The notes under the pieces were generated by a model. It did not search any database, was not told where the DNA came from, and saw only the letters and a list, made by a program, of their open reading frames with translations. Shown here piece after piece: positions 30,901-41,545 of a stretch of DNA of 64,000 nucleotides (position 1 is the stretch's first letter; every line of letters begins with the position of its first letter). Source of the stretch: Dehalococcoidia bacterium. GTDB taxonomy: Bacteria; Chloroflexota; Dehalococcoidia; Lucifugimonadales; CATQGZ01. Both the position numbers and the translations under genes were made by a program. The stretch is from contig CBDCXW010000007.1 in the NCBI GenBank assembly GCA_965223945.1, forward strand, positions 1,502 to 65,501, in the 5' to 3' direction.

Positions 30901-32234
30901 CACCCGTCAGTGTTCTCTGCGTCACTATCGCCAATGATCCAATAGTGGTTCGGCCTGCGGTCCATGTCAGCCCTGTTTTCGCACGCCTCGAAAGCCTCTC
31001 CGTTGATCACCGCTACCAGGTGCATTCTCACCCGCGCTATGAATCGCGGGTTGGTCTCTGCAAGTTGACGCAGCGTGGGCCTCCCATCTTTTGGGAGCGT
31101 GACGCGCTTCAGACCTGAGGCCCCGAAGGCCGCGTGCCAGTTGCGCCAGCGGGCTGAGATGTTGGCCTGGGCCGCACCTCCCGCAGCCTCTATGCGGCTG
31201 GACGCTTCCTCCCTGCTGATGTTTGTCAGTCGGCTCAGGCCGTCCACGATGCAGTTGAGAGGGGCTGCGCTGTCCATTAGCCTATCCAGGTCGAACTTGC
31301 CGCGGCTGTCGTCCTCTCCGAAGCGGCGCTCCTCGATGTACGGCAGGACGCTGTGCTTCCAGATGCGGCGGACTGAATCCTCGTCGAGGTTCTCCTTCAT
31401 GAAATAGCTCGGCCCGATCGCGGCGTGACGGTCGGCCTCCAGCAGCTCATTGACCTGCTCAACCACGTCGGCCAGCCACTCCATATCATCGTGCGTGTTC
31501 GCCTCCAGCCAGCGCCGGAGCACGCCTTTGACCGGCTCGTCATCCGGGTGGAACTCCACGAAGTAGAAGCGGCGGCGCAGTGCCAGGTCCACCAGAGCGA
31601 TGGAGCGGTCGGCGGTGTTCATCGTCCCGATGATGTACAGATTGTCGGGCAGAGAGAAGGGCTCGTCCGAGTATTGGAGAAGTATCTTCTCGTCGCGGTA
31701 CTCCAGCAGGAAGTACAGCTCCCCTAACACCTTGGCTAGGCTGCCCCGGTTGATCTCGTCGATGACGAGAAAGTGCTTGGCATCCGGCTCCGCCCGGGCG
31801 CGCTTGGTCGCCCGCAACAGCGGTCCGTCCCTCATCTCGAATCCGGGCCGTCCATCCACCAGCGTAGGGCGGAAGCCCTGCACGAAGTCCTCGTAGGCGT
31901 AGGAGGGGTGTAGCTGCACCAGCGTAACCCGCTCCTCCGACCCCGCGAGATGCTTCGCGAGTTTCAGCGCGACGTATGTCTTCCCAGTGCCGGGCGGACC
32001 CTGGAAGATGACCTGGAGCTTTTCATCCAGCAGGGACTCGATCTCCTCCAGAAAGTCGACTGGGAGGTGTGACCCGTTGGCGAGCGCTTGCAGGGAAGTC
32101 TGTGGGTGTGGTCGGGGGTCTTCCACATTCGTCGCTTCGCGGCCGTGGTAGAGTGCCCAAACCACGGACTGCGCGTCAAGACGATGGCGCAAGGTCAGCT
32201 CACGCTCCAACGCTTCTTCAATGAACCTGTCTAG

Positions 32235-32382
32235 GAGCCTGTCCGAGGATTCGTTCCGGGAGACGAAACCCGCCACGCAATAACCTGCTTACAGCAATCT
32301 GGACCTTGTCGTGGAGTAATTAGCATCTTTACACTCCACTAATGACGCATATCGTTTAGGACATTGTTTCTCGGACAGACTC
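32235..32382. mobile_element. 148-bp non-autonomous MITE
   Basis: Terminal IRs GAGCCTGTCCGAG / CTCGGACAGACTC (12/13 match); CTAG duplicated at 32231-32234 and 32383-32386. Confidence 0.85.
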
Positions 32383-32664
32383 CTAGGAAACCAAGAGCAT
32401 GCTCATATAATGCGCGCTCGTCCGCGTCCTGCTCCGGTTGGTCGTAGCTGGTGCGCACGTATGCGTCATTGAACACGGTGACCCCAAATGGCGGGTACCG
32501 CTCAACGTCCAAACCCATCAGCAACACGGATGCAACATTCGTGCGGGTTCCCGAGCCGCTTATCTCCGATGAGGGGAGTAGGTTATTGAAGGAATCCACG
32601 CGCTCGGCAACGGGCAAGTCATCCCGCGTCCAGATCGCCTCCAGCGCCTTCAAGGCAGGGCTAG

Positions 32665-33861
32665 GGATGCTCTGAATAAGTCCCGGTGGTTTGCGGGATA
32701 GTAACATAGGGCCAAGGCCTGAAGACGTGGGAGGCGAGGCAATGAACCAGCCGACGTTTGCGGACTTGGACTACGAGAGCAAGAAGCGAAAGACTCGCAG
32801 GGGGAAGTTCCTTGAGCGCATGGATGGACTGATCCCGTGGGAAGAGTTGGAAGAGCGCATCCGACCGTTCTATCCCAATGCTGGCCGAGGTCGGCGTCCC
32901 TACGAGTTGTCGGCGATGCTTCGCATACACTGCGTGCAGTTGTTCTACAACCTGAGCGACCCTGGGATGGAGGACATGCTCTACGAGGTCGAATCGGTGA
33001 GGCGGTTCGTAGGGCTGAGACTGCCTGGGCCGCTGCCGGACGAGACGACGATTCTGAACTTCCGCCACCTGCTGGAAGAGCATGCGTTAGGCTCGGGTCT
33101 GTTCGAGGAGATCAACCGCTATCTGGAGTCCAAGGGTCTCCGTCTTCAGGAGGGGACGATAGTGGACGCGAGCATCATAGCGGCGCCCTCATCGACGAAG
33201 AATCGGGCTAAAGAGCGCGACCCCGAGATGCACCAGACGAAGAAGGGTAACGAGTGGCACTTCGGGATGAAGGTGCACATCGGTGTGGACTCGCAGACGG
33301 GAGTGGTGCACAGCATGACCACGACATCTGCGAACGTGCATGACCTGACTGAGTTGCCCCGGTTGCTGCACGGTGGGGAGTCTCAGGTGTGGGGAGATGC
33401 TGGGTATCAGGGAGTTGACAAGAGGCCGGGCAACCGGGGCTTGGATGTGGAGTGGCAGGTCGCGATGAGGCCCGGCCAGCGTCGGAAGCTGGAGCCTGAG
33501 AGTCCTGAGGCGGTGTCGGAGAAGCGCAAAGCGTCGGTCAGAGCTAAGGTGGAGCATCCGTTCCTGTACATCAAGCGGCACTTCGGCTACGCCAAGGTCC
33601 GCTACAGGGGACTGTCCAAGAACACGCAGCGGCTGATGACGCTGCTGGGGTTTGCCAACTTGATGAGGGCCGAACAGTACCTGGCGGCGTGAAACCTTGT
33701 ATAAGTGCGCCCAAAATCAGGCCTAACGGCGGCGAAACGCCCTGTCAGGGCCGGTTGTAGGCCGAGATTAACCCCCACCACGGCGCCATAAGGCAATTCA
33801 ACGCCCCCAAAACCACTCCGGTCAACTCGGCCCAGCCTGAAGCCGATTGTTCAGAGCATCC
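32665..33861 (+). mobile_element. IS5-family insertion sequence, 1197 bp, copy 1
   Basis: IRs GGATGCTCTGAA / TTCAGAGCATCC; CTAG target duplication. Confidence 0.95.
32742..33692 (+). CDS. IS5-family DDE transposase
   Basis: PDETTILNFRH, IVDASII, WHFGMKVH, GDAGY, RAKVEHPF. Confidence 0.95.
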   Translation: MNQPTFADLDYESKKRKTRRGKFLERMDGLIPWEELEERIRPFYPNAGRGRRPYELSAMLRIHCVQLFYNLSDPGMEDMLYEVESVRRFVGLRLPGPLPDETTILNFRHLLEEHALGSGLFEEINRYLESKGLRLQEGTIVDASIIAAPSSTKNRAKERDPEMHQTKKGNEWHFGMKVHIGVDSQTGVVHSMTTTSANVHDLTELPRLLHGGESQVWGDAGYQGVDKRPGNRGLDVEWQVAMRPGQRRKLEPESPEAVSEKRKASVRAKVEHPFLYIKRHFGYAKVRYRGLSKNTQRLMTLLGFANLMRAEQYLAA

Positions 33862-34896
33862 CTAGGGGACTTATCGACCCAGTCACGGAGCTTCTTTTGT
33901 TGAACGCTGTAGATGAGATTGCCACCGATTCCGCTCTTCACCAGACCGGTCCAGTCACGGTCACCTCTAAGCACGGCTTCTCGCGCCGTTGCGAGCTTTC
34001 GACCTATCTCAACTTTGTAGTCGATCTCCTCGCTCTCCAGTCGTCCAGTGTTGATGTACGCTTGGGCGCGCCTGACGAACTCATCCCAAGGGTCGGACGG
34101 CTTCGGGTCCCACTGGCTGCGGATGTCGTCCTCGTAGAGATGGATACCAACTCCATACTTGGCCTCTAAGTGTGGTCGGATCTGCCCCAAGTCGCGGTCA
34201 ACATCGTTTGTCTTCTGCTCGACGACGTTCGCGAATGTGCTGGCAATCATCTTCTTGTGTTCGACGTTGACTATCCTCTCAAAGGTATCGGGAAAGACAA
34301 GGTGAAGTATTGATTCCCGTAGTGCGCGGTTGGCTCCTTCAACCTCATAGGCGAATCTCTTGAATTCCCATGGATCATCAAGTAGGCGCTTGTGTTCACT
34401 CGAGCTTTTCTCCTTCCATTGCTTGGCAAACGCGATAAGAAACCCGAGGTTGGCTGAGCGGTTGGTGTGGTAAAGCCCTGTGCCAATAAGGCCGCTCTTG
34501 AGGCCCGCAACAAGTTCTGGAGGAATCTCTACGCCAGGGGCTCCGGTGAGCACTCTTTCAACCTGTTCCTGCTTGTTTGAAGGCTCATGGGGAATTAGGA
34601 GATTGATGTAGAACACCTCGGCCATGAGTTGGTGGATCTCCGGCGGACTATTTGCCAGCATGGACTCCAACCTCTGGAAGAAGGCGCTACCACCCTGGAT
34701 AGACAGTCTGTGGAGCTCCCCTAACCACCGACTCCTCCAGATGGCCTTGCCCGGCGTAAAGAGCGAATCGTCGGTCCGCAGCGCGCAATCAACCCACTTC
34801 TGCGCAGCCTCGTAAACCTTCTCTACGCCGTATCCCGTCTTCCTGCTACCCATAGTTTCTCCTTCACCCTTATTCGCAAATATCGCCGCAAGCAAA

Positions 34897-36492
34897 TCAC
34901 CCCGCCCGCCGCACGACCCTCCCCGGCCGGGCCCCCGTGTGGCTGCCGTCGGAGATCACGGCCTCGCCCTGGACGAAGACGTGCCGGACCCCCTCAGAGA
35001 GCTGGTGCGGGTCGTCGAAGGTCGAGTGGTCGATGACGCTGTCAGGGTCGAACGCGACCAGGTCGGCGACCGCCCCTTCGGCCACCAGGCCGCGGTCCGG
35101 CAGCTTGAGCCGGTCCGCCGGCATCCCCGTCATCTTGTGCACCGCCGTCTCCAGCGACATGAGCGACTGCTCCCGCACGTACCGTCCCAGGATGCGCGGG
35201 TACGTGCCGTAGAAGCGCGGGTGAGGCTTCTCACCAGCGTGTACGCCGGTCGGGGAGATCGCGTTGCCGTCCGAGCCGATCATGGCGAGGGGATGCGTCA
35301 GGAAGAAGCGGACGTCGCTCTCCACCCTGTTGTGGACGACCGCCCCGACGTGGTTGTCTTCCTCCTCGATCAGGTCGAGGAAGGTCTCGTGGGGGTCCTG
35401 CCCCCGCTCCACGGCGATCTGCTCCACGGACTTGCCGACCACGCCGCTGTTGGCCTCCGTCTTGACGTAGCTGATCACGAAGGTGTCGAACTTCCACGGC
35501 AGCCCGCCGAAGAAGCCCTGCCGCATGTCGTCGAGCGCCCTCCTCCGGGTCTCGGGGTCGCGGAGCCGCCGCACCATCGCGCCCTCGCCCCCTTCCTGCA
35601 GCCACATGGGCACCATCTGCGCGAGGTGCGACCCGGCCGACGTGTACGGGTACACGTCGTACGTCGCGTCGAGGCCCTCGTCATGCGCCTGCTCGATCGA
35701 CCTGACCATCTCGTCTCCCGTGCCGAAGTAGCGCGGGTCTATGATGGCCATATGCGAGTACTGCACCGGGACTCCCGCCCGCCTGCCGATCTCGATAGCC
35801 TCCTCGACCGCTTTCACGTGGTTGCCGGCCCAGAGGCGCGCGTGCGTGACGTAGAAGGCACCCTCGAATGGGGACATCGCCTCGGCGAGCGCGACGACCT
35901 CCTCCGTGTCCCCGTACATGGACGGAGCCACCGTCAGTCCTGTCGAGAAGCTGAAGGCGCCCTGTTCGATAGACTCGGCCACCAGCCTTCGCATCGCCTC
36001 CAGCTCGTCCGCCGTCGGTCGGCGGTTGTCTCTCAGGCCCACGGCTGAACGAATCGAGGAGTGGCCGACCTGGGGAGCCACGTTGATGCTGATGCCGCTC
36101 GACTCGAGCGCGTCAGCCCAGCCGTCAAGGTCCTTCCAGTTCCACGGATAGATCGACGCCATGTCCGGGTCGCCCGCTCCCTCCGGCCCGCTGGGCCCGA
36201 TCGGGAACGGAGAGAAGCCGCAGTTGCCAGTGACCTCGGTCGTAACCCCCTGGAACGCCTTGCTCTCGCCGCCCGGGTCGTCGAGGAGGGTGACGTCCGA
36301 GTGGGAGTGCATGTCGATGAACCCAGGGCATACGACCAGTCCTGCCGCATCGACAACTCGTCCGGCTTGAGCGTCGTCCAGTTCGCCGACGGCGGCGATC
36401 CTGCCTCCTGCCAGTCCGACGTCGGCCTGGTACCGAAGCCCGCCCGTTCCGTCGATCACAGTCCCGTTCCTGATAAGCGTGTCGAGTTGCAT
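34897..36492 (-). CDS. N-acyl-D-amino acid deacylase (D-aminoacylase)
   Basis: PGFIDMHSHSD, QGVTTEVTGNCG, IGSDG, PHPRFYGTYPR. Confidence 0.9.
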   Translation of the reverse strand: MQLDTLIRNGTVIDGTGGLRYQADVGLAGGRIAAVGELDDAQAGRVVDAAGLVVCPGFIDMHSHSDVTLLDDPGGESKAFQGVTTEVTGNCGFSPFPIGPSGPEGAGDPDMASIYPWNWKDLDGWADALESSGISINVAPQVGHSSIRSAVGLRDNRRPTADELEAMRRLVAESIEQGAFSFSTGLTVAPSMYGDTEEVVALAEAMSPFEGAFYVTHARLWAGNHVKAVEEAIEIGRRAGVPVQYSHMAIIDPRYFGTGDEMVRSIEQAHDEGLDATYDVYPYTSAGSHLAQMVPMWLQEGGEGAMVRRLRDPETRRRALDDMRQGFFGGLPWKFDTFVISYVKTEANSGVVGKSVEQIAVERGQDPHETFLDLIEEEDNHVGAVVHNRVESDVRFFLTHPLAMIGSDGNAISPTGVHAGEKPHPRFYGTYPRILGRYVREQSLMSLETAVHKMTGMPADRLKLPDRGLVAEGAVADLVAFDPDSVIDHSTFDDPHQLSEGVRHVFVQGEAVISDGSHTGARPGRVVRRAG

Positions 36493-36670
36493 GGCTCCTC
36501 CGTGGTGTGCGTCGAATTGTCGATTTCAGGCCGCTATTCTCGCCCCTGCCGCTCGATATCCGCAAGAGAAGGCAGAGCCTCACAAGTCAAACTGACGCGC
36601 CACTAGTCCGTCTACGTCGTTCCGGTTTGGTGATAAACTATCTCGCGTAACGAGACAACGAGAGGAAATC

Positions 36671-37855
36671 GTGATAACCCATCCTGTGATAAAGAGCATC
36701 ACTCCAAGGGGGCTCCTCTCGTTCGGGCCCGACACGCCGCCTCTGGAGCTGGGCATGCTCAACGTGCTGATTGGGCCGAACGCCTCCGGCAAGTCCAACC
36801 TGTTCGACGTGCTAGGTCTGGCTCGTAGCATCCCTTCGGACCTGCAAGAGGGCGTGCGCGGCGGCGGCGGCGTGAGAAGCTGGTTGTGGGAGAGCGATGC
36901 TGCTCAAGAGCCGGAATTGGAGCTGGTTGTGGGTTCTGGCGATTTGGAGCTCCGCCATCGGATTGTGCTGGGAGCCATTGACTCCGAGCTGTGGCCTGTT
37001 GTGGAACAGGTTCACCACTTGCCGGACACCTTGCTGTACGAGTCCCGACTTGATTCTCTTCAAGCGACGATACGGGTCAGGTTGCGGGACCAGAACCCGC
37101 TCGATTCACGCGATGGAGAGCTGGTCGAATTCGGTTATCCCGATGAGAAGGACCAATCGATTTTGGCACAGCTCCGGTCTCAATTCGACTACCCCCAGAT
37201 GACGATCCTGGCCAGCATATACAACTCCATCCAGATGTACGGCACATGGCACTTTGGCCGAGACGCCCTGCTGCGCCGGTCTCAACCTGCGAATAGACGA
37301 GGCGACCGACTGGAGGAGGACTACACCAACCTCGGCATGGTCCTCAATCAGATGGGTACATCGCCGGAAGCAAAGCGGAGCATAATAGAGGGCTTGCGGG
37401 AGCTGTACGAGGGCTTCACCAACTACGAGGCCGTCGTCAACAGCGGTTCCGTCCAGATCTACTTCACAGAGGGAAAGCGGCGCTCCATACCGGCGACCAG
37501 ACTCTCGGACGGCACGCTCCGTTACCTGTGCCTCCTGGCCATGCTCTACAACCCCAACTCACTGCCCGTGATCTGCATCGAGGAGCCCGAACTTGGCCTG
37601 CACCCCGACATCGTCGCGGGGCTGACCAAGCACCTCCGCGCGGCCAGCGAGCGAACGCAGGTCATCGTTACAACGCACTCGGACATCCTCATCGACGCTC
37701 TGTCCGATACGCCAGAGTCGATCGTCGTGTTCGAGAGTCACGACGGCGCGACGCAGATGGAACGCCTCAAGCGAGACGACCTTAGCGTCTGGTTGGAGAA
37801 GTACCGCCTCGGCGAGCTCTGGACTAGCGGCCAGATCGGGGGCAATCGCTGGTGA
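36671..37855 (+). CDS. AAA_21/ABC-type ATPase
   Basis: LIGPNASGKSN, LSDGTLRYL, IEEPELGLHP, VIVTTHS, LGELWTSGQIGG. Confidence 0.88.
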   Translation: MITHPVIKSITPRGLLSFGPDTPPLELGMLNVLIGPNASGKSNLFDVLGLARSIPSDLQEGVRGGGGVRSWLWESDAAQEPELELVVGSGDLELRHRIVLGAIDSELWPVVEQVHHLPDTLLYESRLDSLQATIRVRLRDQNPLDSRDGELVEFGYPDEKDQSILAQLRSQFDYPQMTILASIYNSIQMYGTWHFGRDALLRRSQPANRRGDRLEEDYTNLGMVLNQMGTSPEAKRSIIEGLRELYEGFTNYEAVVNSGSVQIYFTEGKRRSIPATRLSDGTLRYLCLLAMLYNPNSLPVICIEEPELGLHPDIVAGLTKHLRAASERTQVIVTTHSDILIDALSDTPESIVVFESHDGATQMERLKRDDLSVWLEKYRLGELWTSGQIGGNRW

Positions 37856-38463
37856 GCGTGTTGCTGTACGTGGAAGGCGGCGGGAACAGGGCAGAACTCA
37901 AGAGCCAATGCCGGAAGGGCTTCCACGACCTGCTCACCAGCGCGGGATTCGCTGGCCGTTTGCCAAGGGTGGTCGCATGCGGCCCGCGCAATGCTGCGTT
38001 CGACCGCTTCGAGACTACTCTCGGCGGCGCGAGAGACTACCCTGTCCTCCTGGTCGACAGTGAGGGCCCTGTTGCGAGCCCCAATCAACCTCACAACCCA
38101 TCCGGCGCATGGCGGCACCTTGATTCGCAGGATGGGTGGCAGCGTCCCAAAGTCGCGCGGGACGATCAGGCGCAGCTGATGGTCACCTGCATGGAGACCT
38201 GGCTGGTGGCCGACCGAACCGAGCTCGCCAGCCATTTCCATGGCATGAACCAGAATGCGCTCCCCTCCGGTGTTGGGTTGGAGAGCCGCCGCAAGGAAGA
38301 CGTGAGCGCCGCGCTCGACAGCGCCACATCACCCTCGCGCAAAGGCCGCTACGACAAGAGGCGCGACTCGTTCGATCTGCTGGGCAGGGTCGATCCCGTC
38401 GAGCTGAAGCGCGAGCTGCCCCACTTCCGGCGCTTCATCGACACGCTGGATGCGCACCTCTGA
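37852..38463 (+). CDS. DUF4276-like (TOPRIM-type) protein
   Basis: LYVEGGG, VVACG, LLVDSE, METWLVAD; GTGA overlap with the ATPase. Confidence 0.8.
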   Translation: MSVLLYVEGGGNRAELKSQCRKGFHDLLTSAGFAGRLPRVVACGPRNAAFDRFETTLGGARDYPVLLVDSEGPVASPNQPHNPSGAWRHLDSQDGWQRPKVARDDQAQLMVTCMETWLVADRTELASHFHGMNQNALPSGVGLESRRKEDVSAALDSATSPSRKGRYDKRRDSFDLLGRVDPVELKRELPHFRRFIDTLDAHL

Positions 38464-38538
38464 CGTATCCTCGCACAACCCACACCCACGCCGGCCTCCG
38501 GTGCCGCCGCCGCGTATGAGGGCCCACTGTGATACCAT

Positions 38539-40215
38539 ATGTCGGACATGTCCGAGCGCATTCTCGTAGCTGTAGCGTGGCCTTACGCCAACGGATCCAT
38601 ACACCTCGGACAGGTCGCAGGTTGCTACCTGCCAGCCGACATCTTCGCCCGTTACCACCGCCTCAAGGGCAACGATGTCCTGATGGTCTCCGGGAGCGAC
38701 GCCCACGGCACACCGGTAACGCTGTCCGCTGAGAAGCGCGGTGTGAGTCCCGAGGAGGTGTTCGAGGAGTATCAGGCCGAGTTCCTCGACAACTGGAAGC
38801 GCCTGGGTATCGACTTCGACCTCTTCACGACCACTCACACCGACAACCACGCTGCGGTCTCCCAGGACATGTTCCTGACCCTCTACGAGAAGGGCTACAT
38901 CAAGAAGGACACGATGATGCAGCCCTACTGCGAGACCGACGGCCGGTTCCTGGCCGACCGCTACGTCGAGGGAGAGTGCCCTCACTGCGGGTTCGACAGC
39001 GCCCGCGGCGACCAGTGCGACAACTGCGGCCGCACTCTCGATCCTCACGAGCTTATCGGCATGACCTGCAAGCTGTGCGGGGGCAGCCCGGTTATCAGGG
39101 AGACTGAGCACTTCTTTCTGCGCCTGAGCGCCTTCGAGGACCAGCTTCTGGAGTGGGTCCGCGCCCAGGACCACTGGCGGCCGAACGTGCGCAACTTCAC
39201 CATAGGCTTCCTGGAGGGCGGACTCCACGACCGCGCGATTACCCGCGACATCGACTGGGGCGTGCCGGTGCCGCTGGAGGGCTACGAGTCGAAGCGCATA
39301 TACGTCTGGTTCGAAGCGGTGATCGGCTATCTGTCGGCCTCGAAGGAGGCGAGCCTGCCCGGCGGCGATCGCTGGCGGGACTTCTGGCAGAAGGACTGCC
39401 GCTCGTACTACTTCATGGGGAAGGACAACATACCGTTCCATACCGTTATCTGGCCGGCGATGCTTCTGGGCTACGGCGGCCTCAACCTGCCCTACGACGT
39501 TCCCGCCAACGAGTTCCTCAACCTGGAGGGGCTCCAGTTCTCCACCAGCAGGAACTGGGCCGTCTGGCTGCCGGACTACCTGGACAGGCACGACCCGGAC
39601 CCGCTTCGTTACGTGCTGGCGGCCAACATGCCGGAGACGAGCGACTCGGACTTCTCCTGGCAGGAGTACGTCCGCAGCAACAACGACGAGCTGGTCGCCA
39701 CCTACGGGAACCTGGTCCACCGCGTCCTGACCATGCTTGCCCGCAACTTCGACGGACGGGTGCCGGAGGCGGGTAGCCTGGAGGAAGGGGACGTCGAGCT
39801 GCTGGACCACGCGAGCCGTACCGTCGACGAGGCCGGAGCGGCGATTGAGGCATGCCGGTTTCGAGCGGCGCTCCAGGCCGCAATGGCCCTGGCCCGGGAG
39901 GCCAACCGCTACCTCGAGCGCCAGGCCCCGTGGCAGGCCGTCCGCACGGACCGCCAAAAGGCCGCCAGGACGCTGTCCGTCGCCCTGTCCGTCGTCAACT
40001 GCCTGAAGACTGTCATGTACCCCTTCTTGCCCTTCTCGTCGGAGAAGCTCCATGGCTTGCTCGGCTTCGAGGGAAGCATCGTCGAGCAGGGCTGGAGATG
40101 GGAGCGCAACGGTCTTCCGCCCGGCCACCCTCTGCCGGCGCCCGAACCTCTCTTCAAGAAGCTGGACGAAGCCGTCGAGAAAGAGGAAGCGGAAAGAATC
40201 GGAAGGCAGGCGTAG
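38539..40215 (+). CDS. metG: Methionine--tRNA ligase (short form)
   Basis: AWPYANGSIHLG, SGSDAHGTP, Zn knuckles, GKDNIPFH, FSTSR. Confidence 0.95.
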   Translation: MSDMSERILVAVAWPYANGSIHLGQVAGCYLPADIFARYHRLKGNDVLMVSGSDAHGTPVTLSAEKRGVSPEEVFEEYQAEFLDNWKRLGIDFDLFTTTHTDNHAAVSQDMFLTLYEKGYIKKDTMMQPYCETDGRFLADRYVEGECPHCGFDSARGDQCDNCGRTLDPHELIGMTCKLCGGSPVIRETEHFFLRLSAFEDQLLEWVRAQDHWRPNVRNFTIGFLEGGLHDRAITRDIDWGVPVPLEGYESKRIYVWFEAVIGYLSASKEASLPGGDRWRDFWQKDCRSYYFMGKDNIPFHTVIWPAMLLGYGGLNLPYDVPANEFLNLEGLQFSTSRNWAVWLPDYLDRHDPDPLRYVLAANMPETSDSDFSWQEYVRSNNDELVATYGNLVHRVLTMLARNFDGRVPEAGSLEEGDVELLDHASRTVDEAGAAIEACRFRAALQAAMALAREANRYLERQAPWQAVRTDRQKAARTLSVALSVVNCLKTVMYPFLPFSSEKLHGLLGFEGSIVEQGWRWERNGLPPGHPLPAPEPLFKKLDEAVEKEEAERIGRQA

Positions 40216-40223
40216 GGACGACC

Positions 40224-41189
40224 TTGCGAGCCTCCGAGATCTACGCGCCCGTCCGGGAGTCCCTCGACCGTGTCGAGCGGAACCTGCTGGACGTCTCCAG
40301 GCTGGATTTCCCCTTCCTCACCGAGCTCCTGGGCCACGTCCTGGCCTCCAAAGGCAAGAGGCTGCGGCCCACCATAGCGCTCCTCGCGTCGAGGTTCTCC
40401 CAGCACGATCACGAGACGACCGAGAAGATGGCTACGGCCGTCGAGCTCCTGCACATCGCCTCGCTCATCCACGACGACACCGTGGACGGGTCGGCGACAC
40501 GGCACGGGCGGGCCACGATCAGCAGCCTGTGGGGACGCGATGTCGCCGTGCAGACGGGCGACTACGTCTTCGCCTCAGCCGCCGCACTCGTCTGCGAGAC
40601 GGGGAACATCCGGGTCATCCGACGCTTCTCCCAGACGATCATGGACCTGGCGACCGGGCAGCTCCGGGAGGTGGCCGAGACCCACGACCCCGACGGCACT
40701 CGCGAAGACTACATGGCCCGCATCTACGCCAAGACGGCCTCGCTCTTTGTCGTGGCCGCCGAAGCAGGCGCGGCCCTCAGCGGCGCGTCGGTAGAGACCG
40801 TCGAGGCCATGAGCAGCTATGGGCGCAGCCTGGGCCTCGCCTTCCAGATAGTGGACGACATCCTCGACTTCGAGGGAGTGGAGGACCACATTGGAAAGCC
40901 GGTGGGCAGCGATCTTGCCAACGGCGTGCTGACCCTGCCCACGATAATCGCCATGGAGCGGTCGCCCAACGGCAATCCCGTCCGGGACCTCTTCCGAGAT
41001 CCGGGCAACGAGCGCTACCTCCGCGAGGCCGTCGTGATGGTCCAGGACCCCGCCGTCATAAAGGACGCCTACGCCGTGGCCCGCAGCTACTGCGAGAGCG
41101 CACACGACAGCCTCAAGGCCGTGCCAGTCGGTCCCGAAAGAGACTCCCTCTCCGAAATCGTCGACTACGTCCTCAAGCGGAGCAAGTAG
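40224..41189 (+). CDS. Polyprenyl diphosphate synthase
   Basis: GKRLRP, HDDTVD and FQIVDDILD aspartate-rich motifs; TTG start is approximate. Confidence 0.9.
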   Translation: MRASEIYAPVRESLDRVERNLLDVSRLDFPFLTELLGHVLASKGKRLRPTIALLASRFSQHDHETTEKMATAVELLHIASLIHDDTVDGSATRHGRATISSLWGRDVAVQTGDYVFASAAALVCETGNIRVIRRFSQTIMDLATGQLREVAETHDPDGTREDYMARIYAKTASLFVVAAEAGAALSGASVETVEAMSSYGRSLGLAFQIVDDILDFEGVEDHIGKPVGSDLANGVLTLPTIIAMERSPNGNPVRDLFRDPGNERYLREAVVMVQDPAVIKDAYAVARSYCESAHDSLKAVPVGPERDSLSEIVDYVLKRSK

Positions 41190-41198
41190 ACGCTTGGC

Positions 41199-41236
41199 CC
41201 CCTCTCCCTCGACGGGAGAGGGCTGGGGTGAGGGGG
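41199..41236. repeat. CCCTCTCCC..GGGAGAGGGCTGGGGTGAGGG palindromic REP
   Basis: Related copies at ~5688, 6551, 9471, 53079 and 54469. Confidence 0.75.
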
Positions 41237-41265
41237 TCGAGCCACCCCTCCCGTCTCCCCTGGCG

Positions 41266-41387
41266 GAGACCCTTGCACAACCGTCATACCGGCGAAGGCC
41301 GGTATCCAGAGGGGTGGGGCCTTAGCTAGGATGGTGTCGTTTACAACTCCCGCCGTCGCCTCGTGCGGTAGGTTACGCAAAGGTCCC
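41266..41387. mobile_element. 122-bp MITE-like unit containing a REP
   Basis: Ends GAGACCCTTGCACAACC / GGTTACGCAAAGGTCCC; flanks TGGCG/CGGCG; splits a TCTCCCCTGGCG-GGAGAAGG palindrome. Confidence 0.7.
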
Positions 41388-41468
41388 CGGCGGGAGAAGG
41401 TTAGAGGCTGCCCCGGGACTTGGTTCGGGGCCGAGAGGCACAACGGCGCTCACAGTCCAGACGAGGAC

Positions 41469-41497
41469 TTGACAAACCGAACATAAGTCCGCATAGT
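41469..41497 (+). promoter_or_regulatory. Sigma70 promoter with LexA-like box
   Basis: TTGACA-aacc-GAAC-ataa-GTCC-g-CATAGT, 17-nt spacer. Confidence 0.65.
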
Positions 41498-41545
41498 GGA
41501 AAGAGTCACCCAGTTCGCCGAAGCCCTCACCCGGGCAAATACGGA

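Larger units (their letters stand above)
30900..34853 (-). pseudogene. mcrB: McrB-family AAA+ GTPase interrupted by an IS5 and a 148-bp MITE
   Basis: QGPPGTGKT, HPSYAYEDFVQG, IDEINRG, GTMNTADRS, ALRRRF; removing both insertions plus one CTAG each leaves a 2601-nt in-frame ORF. Confidence 0.9.

Noticed and set aside
38329..40128. 599-aa minus-strand ORF
   Set aside because: Antisense to metG; typical high-GC shadow ORF
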